Positions 59,207 through 64,000 of a stretch of DNA of 64,000 nt are shown here, one piece after another. A program made the translations under genes and the position numbers. The number at the start of each line of letters is the position of its first letter. Position 1 is the stretch's first letter. Location: NCBI GenBank assembly GCA_964291675.2, contig OZ219866.1, positions 1,472,001-1,536,000 on the forward strand. Reading direction: 5' to 3'. A model generated the notes under the pieces. That model was given only the letters and a program-made list of their open reading frames with translations, was not told where the DNA came from and did no database searches. This DNA is from Alphaproteobacteria bacterium. Its GTDB lineage: Bacteria > Pseudomonadota > Alphaproteobacteria > MPNO01.

Positions 59207-59322
59207 TGCCGTCGGTCATGAACGCCGTCAACGACGCGCTGCACCGCATCGGCGCGCCGCCGGTCGAAATGCCGGCGACGGCGGAGAAGGTCTGGCGGGC
59301 GATGCGCCGGGCGGGCGGCTGA
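59207..59322 (+). repeat. 114-bp direct repeat, copy 2 (orphan duplicate of the gene 3' end, ending in TGA)
   Basis: Encodes PSVMNAVNDALHRIGAPPVEMPATAEKVWRAMRRAGG*. Confidence 0.95.
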
Positions 59323-59335
59323 ACGCGAACCCGGG

Positions 59336-59713
59336 TCACCAGCGCCGGTCGACGGGGACCCGGTCGAACACCTTGTCGATCGAAACCAGGGCGCAGCTCT
59401 CCAGCAGCGCCTGGGCCGCCAGCAGCCGGTCCCAGGGATCGCGATGCGCCCAGTCGAGCTGGGCGGCGTATTCCGCGTGGTCGTGGGTGATGGCGAGCTC
59501 TTCCACGGCGTTGCGCCGGAGCGCGGCGCGCAACTCTTGCGGCGGCAAGCTCACCCGCCCGCGTCCCGCCTTGAGCTCGATCTCGTAGATCGAGGCCGCG
59601 CTGACCAGGACCGGGTTCGCGGCGTCCAAGATCAGGTCCCGCGCGACCGCCGAGAGCCTGGGGCTGCCCGCCAACCACCAATAGACCGCCTGGCTGTCGA
59701 GCAGCAGCCTCAC
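59336..59713 (-). CDS. vapC: VapC-type PIN toxin
   Basis: RLLLDSQ, SAASIYEI, HRDPWDRLLAAQA, LVSID. Confidence 0.9.
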   Translation of the reverse strand: MRLLLDSQAVYWWLAGSPRLSAVARDLILDAANPVLVSAASIYEIELKAGRGRVSLPPQELRAALRRNAVEELAITHDHAEYAAQLDWAHRDPWDRLLAAQALLESCALVSIDKVFDRVPVDRRW

Positions 59714-59991
59714 CGACCGGGCGCGCGTCCGCGCCAGATACCGAGCGAATCGGTGCCCGCGCCCGCGTCGATCCCCGCCTGTTCGGGATCCTCGGCGTCG
59801 AACAGATCGTCGGGCAAGCGCAGATGCGCCAGCGGCGCGGACTCGCGTTCTCCCCGCTCGGCCGGCGGCAGCAGCCGGGCATGGGGCTCATCGCCCTTCC
59901 TGATCAGGATCTCCTCCCCGGACCGGGCGCGGTCCAGAATCTCCGAGAAGCGGGCGCGGGCCTCCGCGACCTTGTACGTGGCGGGCGGCAC
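59710..59991 (-). CDS. Phd/YefM-family antitoxin
   Basis: YKVAEARARFSEILDRARSGEEILI; GTGA overlap with vapC; GTG start inferred after GGGAG. Confidence 0.85.
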   Translation of the reverse strand: MPPATYKVAEARARFSEILDRARSGEEILIRKGDEPHARLLPPAERGERESAPLAHLRLPDDLFDAEDPEQAGIDAGAGTDSLGIWRGRAPGR

Positions 59992-60067
59992 GATGGAACT
60001 CCCCTGTCTGCGGCGACAGGCGTATTGTACAACAGAGTTGGTCATTTGCAAGGAGGGGCAATCCCGC

Positions 60068-61264
60068 TCAGCCGTTCCACAGCCGTTCGCTGGCGAGCTT
60101 CGCGCCTTCGGCGAGCGCGCCGAGCTTGGCCCATTGCACGCTCGGGTGGACGCGGCGGTGGAACGGGCCCTGGGCGAAGCCGCAATCGGTCGAGGCGATG
60201 ACGTTCTCCCGCCCGACCAGCCCGGCGAGACGCAAGATGCGCTCGGCGACCAGCTCGGGATGCTCGACGACGTTGGTGGCGTGGCTGATCACGCCCGGGA
60301 TCAGCAGCTTGCCGTCGGGCAGCGTCACGTCCTTCCACACCGCCCATTCGTGCTCGTGGCGCGGGTTCGCCATCTCCAGCACGTAGGCGCCGGCGTTGAC
60401 GCTCAGGATCAGGTCGACGATGTCGCGGATCGGGACGTCGCTCGTATGCGGGCCGGGCCAGCTCCCCCAGCAGACGTGGTAGCGCACCCGTTCCGGCGGG
60501 ATTCCGTCGAGCGCGTGGTTGAGCGCCTCCATGTGGAGGGCGAGCCACGCGCGGTAGTCCCGCATGGTCGCCGGCGGGACCATGCGGTCATAGGTGACCG
60601 CCGCGCGCGCGTCGTCGATCTGGACCAGCAGCCCGGCCTCGGCGATGGTCCGGTACTCGACCCGCATGGCGTCGGCGATGGCGAACACCAGCGCCTCGTC
60701 GCTCTCGTAGCACTCGTTCTTCCTATCCGGGATGACGCTCGCCGGCGCGGCGACGGGCAAAAACCCCTCCGCCACGTCGACCTCGGCGAGCGCCGCCTTG
60801 AAGTTGCCGATGTCGCGCTCCAGCGCATCGTGGCCGGTATAGGCGATCGGCGCGACGCAGACCGACTCGTAGCGCGCGCCGGCGCCGCCGTCGAAGCGTC
60901 CCTGCGCCCGGTCCTGCGCGTCGAGCTCGGCGTAGAACTCGGGAAAGCGCTCCCGGTCGAGGCCGCGGGCGAACGGGTCCGCCGCGCCGGGCGCCACCGG
61001 GCGCCGCTCGAACCCGTCCAGACGTTCGAGCACGTATTGCGACCAGCTGATCGACTTGCCGAACTCGCCGTCGCTGATGACGTCGACCCCGGTCTCCGCC
61101 TGGCGCCGCGCGATCTCCGCCACCGACCCGGCGAGCACGCTCCGGTGATACGCCTCGTCCACCGCGACGCCGTTCTGCCTTGCCGTCAGGATGTCCCGGA
61201 TCGCCTTCGGCCGGATCAGGCTCCCCACATGGGTGGTGAGAATGCGCTCTTCGCTCCGTTTCAC
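60068..61264 (-). CDS. Cobalamin-independent methionine synthase II family protein (MetE C-terminal-like)
   Basis: LTTHVGSL, ISDGEFGK, HVCWG, STDCGF zinc ligands. Confidence 0.88.
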   Translation of the reverse strand: MKRSEERILTTHVGSLIRPKAIRDILTARQNGVAVDEAYHRSVLAGSVAEIARRQAETGVDVISDGEFGKSISWSQYVLERLDGFERRPVAPGAADPFARGLDRERFPEFYAELDAQDRAQGRFDGGAGARYESVCVAPIAYTGHDALERDIGNFKAALAEVDVAEGFLPVAAPASVIPDRKNECYESDEALVFAIADAMRVEYRTIAEAGLLVQIDDARAAVTYDRMVPPATMRDYRAWLALHMEALNHALDGIPPERVRYHVCWGSWPGPHTSDVPIRDIVDLILSVNAGAYVLEMANPRHEHEWAVWKDVTLPDGKLLIPGVISHATNVVEHPELVAERILRLAGLVGRENVIASTDCGFAQGPFHRRVHPSVQWAKLGALAEGAKLASERLWNG

Positions 61265-61381
61265 CGGATCGGACTCCTCTCGAAGGTGGACCGGGCGGAG
61301 CCTAACAAGAAAGGCCTATCCCTCGCGACGCCTTGACCGCCGCAAGCGGTTGCGGCAATTGGGGCGGAGGAGGTGCGCATC

Positions 61382-63700
61382 ATGGACGGAACGGAGGCGG
61401 TCCCGACCGGGGCGCATTGGGGGATCTACGACGTGCTGGTCTCGGGCGGGCGCGTGGTCGGCGCGCGGCCGTGGGAGGAGGACCCCGACCCGGCGCCGCT
61501 CTACGCCGCGCTGCCGGAGACGGTCGACCATCCGACGCGGATCGCCCGGCCCATGGTGCGCGCGGGCTACCACAACGCGGGGCCCGATTCCGACACGGCG
61601 GGGCGCGGCGCCGAGCCTTTCGTGCCGGTCTCCTGGGAGCGCGCGCTCGACCTTATCGCAGGCGAGCTCGAACGGGTGAAGCGCGCGCACGGCAACGAGG
61701 CGATCTATGCCGGTAGCTACGGCTGGGCCAGCTCGGGCAAGATCCACCACCCGCGCACCCTGGTCCGCCGTCTGCTCAACCTTTACGGCGGCGCGACCGA
61801 CCATGTCGGCAACTATAGCTGCGGGGCGGCGCTGGTCGTGGTGCCGCATATCCTCGGGACCGCCGCGCCTGTCGGCATGCAGGCGACGGAGTGGCGCAAC
61901 ATCGCCGCCAACACGGAGCTGATCGTGAGCTTCGGCGGCATGGCGCCCAAGAACTTGCAGGTCTCGTTCGGCGGGCCCGGCCCGCATGTCGCGCGCGGCT
62001 GGATCGAGCGGCTCGGCGAGGCCGGGATCGAGGCGGTGTCGATCAGCCCGCTCCGCGACGACGCGGTGGCGGCGCTCGGCGCGCGCTGGCTGCCGATCCG
62101 CCCCAACAGCGACACCGCGCTGATGCTCGGGCTCGCCCACACGCTGGTCGCCGAAGACCTGCACGACCGCGCCTTTCTCGAGCGCTACTGCGTCGGCTTC
62201 GAGCGGTTCCGCGCCTATCTCGAGGGTGAGAGCGACGGCGTCGCCAAGGACGCCGACTGGGCCGCCGCGCGCTCGGACATCGGGGCCGACGAGATCCGGG
62301 CGCTGGCCCGCCGCATGGCGGCGGCCCGCACCATGATCACGCTCAGCTACTCGCTGCAGCGCGCCGATCGGGGCGAGCAGCCGATCTGGATGGGCATTGC
62401 CCTGGCCTGCATGCTGGGCCAGATCGGGCTTCCGGGCGGCGGGTTCGGCATCGGCTACGGCGCCATGGGCTCGATCGGCAACCCGAAGATCGCTTCCGGG
62501 CCGCGCGGGCTGCCTGTGGGGAAGGACCCGACCGGGAGCTTCATCCCCGTCGCGCGCATCGCCGACATGCTGCTCGACCCGGGCGGCGCATACGACTTCA
62601 ACGGCAAGCGGCGGATTTATCCGGACATCCGCATGGTCTGGTGGGCCGGCGGCAACCCGTTCCACCACCACCAGGATCTCAACCGGCTGCTGCGCGCCTG
62701 GCGCAAGCCGGAGACCATCGTCGTGCAGGACCCGTTCTGGACGCCCGCCGCGCGCCATGCCGACATCGTGCTGCCCGCGGCGAGCGCGCTGGAACGCAAC
62801 GATATCGGCGCCGGGACGCGCGATTCCACGATCTACGCCACGCGCCGCGCGGTGGCGCCGGTGGGCGAGGCGCGGAGCGACTACGACATCGTCGCCGCGC
62901 TCGCCGAACGGCTCGGCCTCGCCCAAAAATTCACCGCGGGCAAGGACGAGCTCGGCTGGATCCGCGAGAGCTATGACGGCTTCGCCGCCCGCATGGCGCG
63001 CGAAGGGACGGAGCTGCCGCCCTTCGAGGCGTTCTGGCGGGCCGGACGGGTGCGCGTGACGGAGCCCGACGACGACTTCGTCCTGTTCGCCGATTTCCGC
63101 GCCGACCCCGAGGCGAGCCCGCTGGGCACGCCGTCCGGCCGGATCGAGATCTATTCCGACACCGTCGCCGGCTTCGGCTACGACGACTGCCCCGGCCACC
63201 CGGTATGGATCGAGCCGCGCGAATGGCTGGGGGCTCCGCTCGCCGCCCGGTTTCCGCTGCATCTGGTCTCCAACCAGCCGGCGACCCGTCTGCACAGCCA
63301 GCTCGACCCGTCCCCGGTCAGCGCGTCGGGCAAGGTGGCGGGGCGCGAGGCGGCGACCGTCCACCCGGATGACGCCGGGCCGCGCGGCATCGCCGACGGC
63401 GATTTGGTGCGCATCCACAACGACCGCGGCCAGTGCCTTGCCGGAGCGCGGGTCAGCGAGGCGGTGCGCCCCGGCGTCGTCGTGCTGCCGACCGGCGCCT
63501 GGTACGACCCGGCGGAGCCCGGGACGATCGGCACGCTCGACCGGCACGGCAACCCCAACCTGCTGACCCACGACCGCGGCACCTCCCGCCTCTCCCAGGC
63601 GACGGCCGCCCATTCCGCGCTGGTCGAGATCGAGCGCTGGGACGGCCCCGCCCCGCCGGTCGCGGTGCACGCCCCGCCGCCGGTGGCGGAAGGGGGGTAG
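61382..63700 (+). CDS. DMSO reductase-family Mo-bisPGD enzyme (BisC/TorA-like, no Tat leader)
   Basis: AHWG, GSYGWASSG, NYSCGA, GGNPFHHHQD, ADIVLPA, RLHSQ, GNPNLLT. Confidence 0.9.
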   Translation: MDGTEAVPTGAHWGIYDVLVSGGRVVGARPWEEDPDPAPLYAALPETVDHPTRIARPMVRAGYHNAGPDSDTAGRGAEPFVPVSWERALDLIAGELERVKRAHGNEAIYAGSYGWASSGKIHHPRTLVRRLLNLYGGATDHVGNYSCGAALVVVPHILGTAAPVGMQATEWRNIAANTELIVSFGGMAPKNLQVSFGGPGPHVARGWIERLGEAGIEAVSISPLRDDAVAALGARWLPIRPNSDTALMLGLAHTLVAEDLHDRAFLERYCVGFERFRAYLEGESDGVAKDADWAAARSDIGADEIRALARRMAAARTMITLSYSLQRADRGEQPIWMGIALACMLGQIGLPGGGFGIGYGAMGSIGNPKIASGPRGLPVGKDPTGSFIPVARIADMLLDPGGAYDFNGKRRIYPDIRMVWWAGGNPFHHHQDLNRLLRAWRKPETIVVQDPFWTPAARHADIVLPAASALERNDIGAGTRDSTIYATRRAVAPVGEARSDYDIVAALAERLGLAQKFTAGKDELGWIRESYDGFAARMAREGTELPPFEAFWRAGRVRVTEPDDDFVLFADFRADPEASPLGTPSGRIEIYSDTVAGFGYDDCPGHPVWIEPREWLGAPLAARFPLHLVSNQPATRLHSQLDPSPVSASGKVAGREAATVHPDDAGPRGIADGDLVRIHNDRGQCLAGARVSEAVRPGVVVLPTGAWYDPAEPGTIGTLDRHGNPNLLTHDRGTSRLSQATAAHSALVEIERWDGPAPPVAVHAPPPVAEGG

Positions 63701-63741
63701 GGCGAGGCCGGTTCGGTCTCAGCCGCTGCCGCTACCCCTTT

Positions 63742-64000
63742 CGTCATGCCTGGACTTGATCCGGGCGCCCGCGAGCGGTGCATGGAGAGCCGGGCGCGGC
63801 CCGCCCCATCGCCATGCCTCCCCCCGTCATGCCCGGACTTGATCCACTGCTGTCCGGTTTGTATGAGTTGGACCGGGCGCAAAGCCTTGTTCCGGGCGGG
63901 ATATCGGCGCATCCGCCGGATCGGGACACGGATCGCCGCACGCCCGCACTTGCCGTCCCTGCCTCTCCGTTGTCACGCCGGCCTCGTTCCGGGCACCCAC
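63742..64000. repeat. Cluster of alphaproteobacterial REP/RPE-like units (family C)
   Basis: CGTCATGCCTGGACTTGATCCGGGC (about 63742), CGTCATGCCCGGACTTGATCC (about 63826), TGTCACGCCGGCCTCGTTCCGGGCACCC (about 63971). Confidence 0.65.

Noticed and set aside
58225-59322. Diversity-generating retroelement TR/VR pair
   Set aside because: Only one A/G difference, no reverse transcriptase in the window, and the target is a metabolic enzyme tail.
11595-63990. CRISPR array or integron attC sites
   Set aside because: Repeats are dispersed rather than regularly spaced; no cas or intI genes, and no clear RYYYAAC/GTTRRRY boundaries.

Overview
High-GC alphaproteobacterial DNA (gcrA, SAM-II riboswitch-metZ, argD-argF-hslO, trkH-folE-apaG; Rhodospirillales-like is my inference). 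The window is dominated by catabolic paralogs: five xanthine dehydrogenase/CoxL-type Mo large subunits, four VanA-type Rieske oxygenases, boxCB, an atypical SdhA/mini-SdhB pair, and sulfatase, amidase, CoA ligase and BisC-type genes. Five small nuclease/toxin cassettes (2x VapBC, NYN, NERD, Abi/HEPN) are inserted just past host gene 3' ends. No integrase or transposase is present. Instead, three of the cassettes are bordered by ends of two palindromic repeat families, and one sits inside a 114-bp duplication of the host gene's 3' end. The NYN and Abi genes each have a promoter-like element and a strongly structured leader but no protein antitoxin, making them candidate RNA-antitoxin systems. 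Other signals are tandem NrdR-like boxes over the gcrA promoter, a perfect 11-bp inverted-repeat operator at boxC, and three clustered frameshifts at 44.97-45.54 kb. No rRNA, tRNA or CRISPR array was seen. Product calls come from recognised motifs, not database searches.
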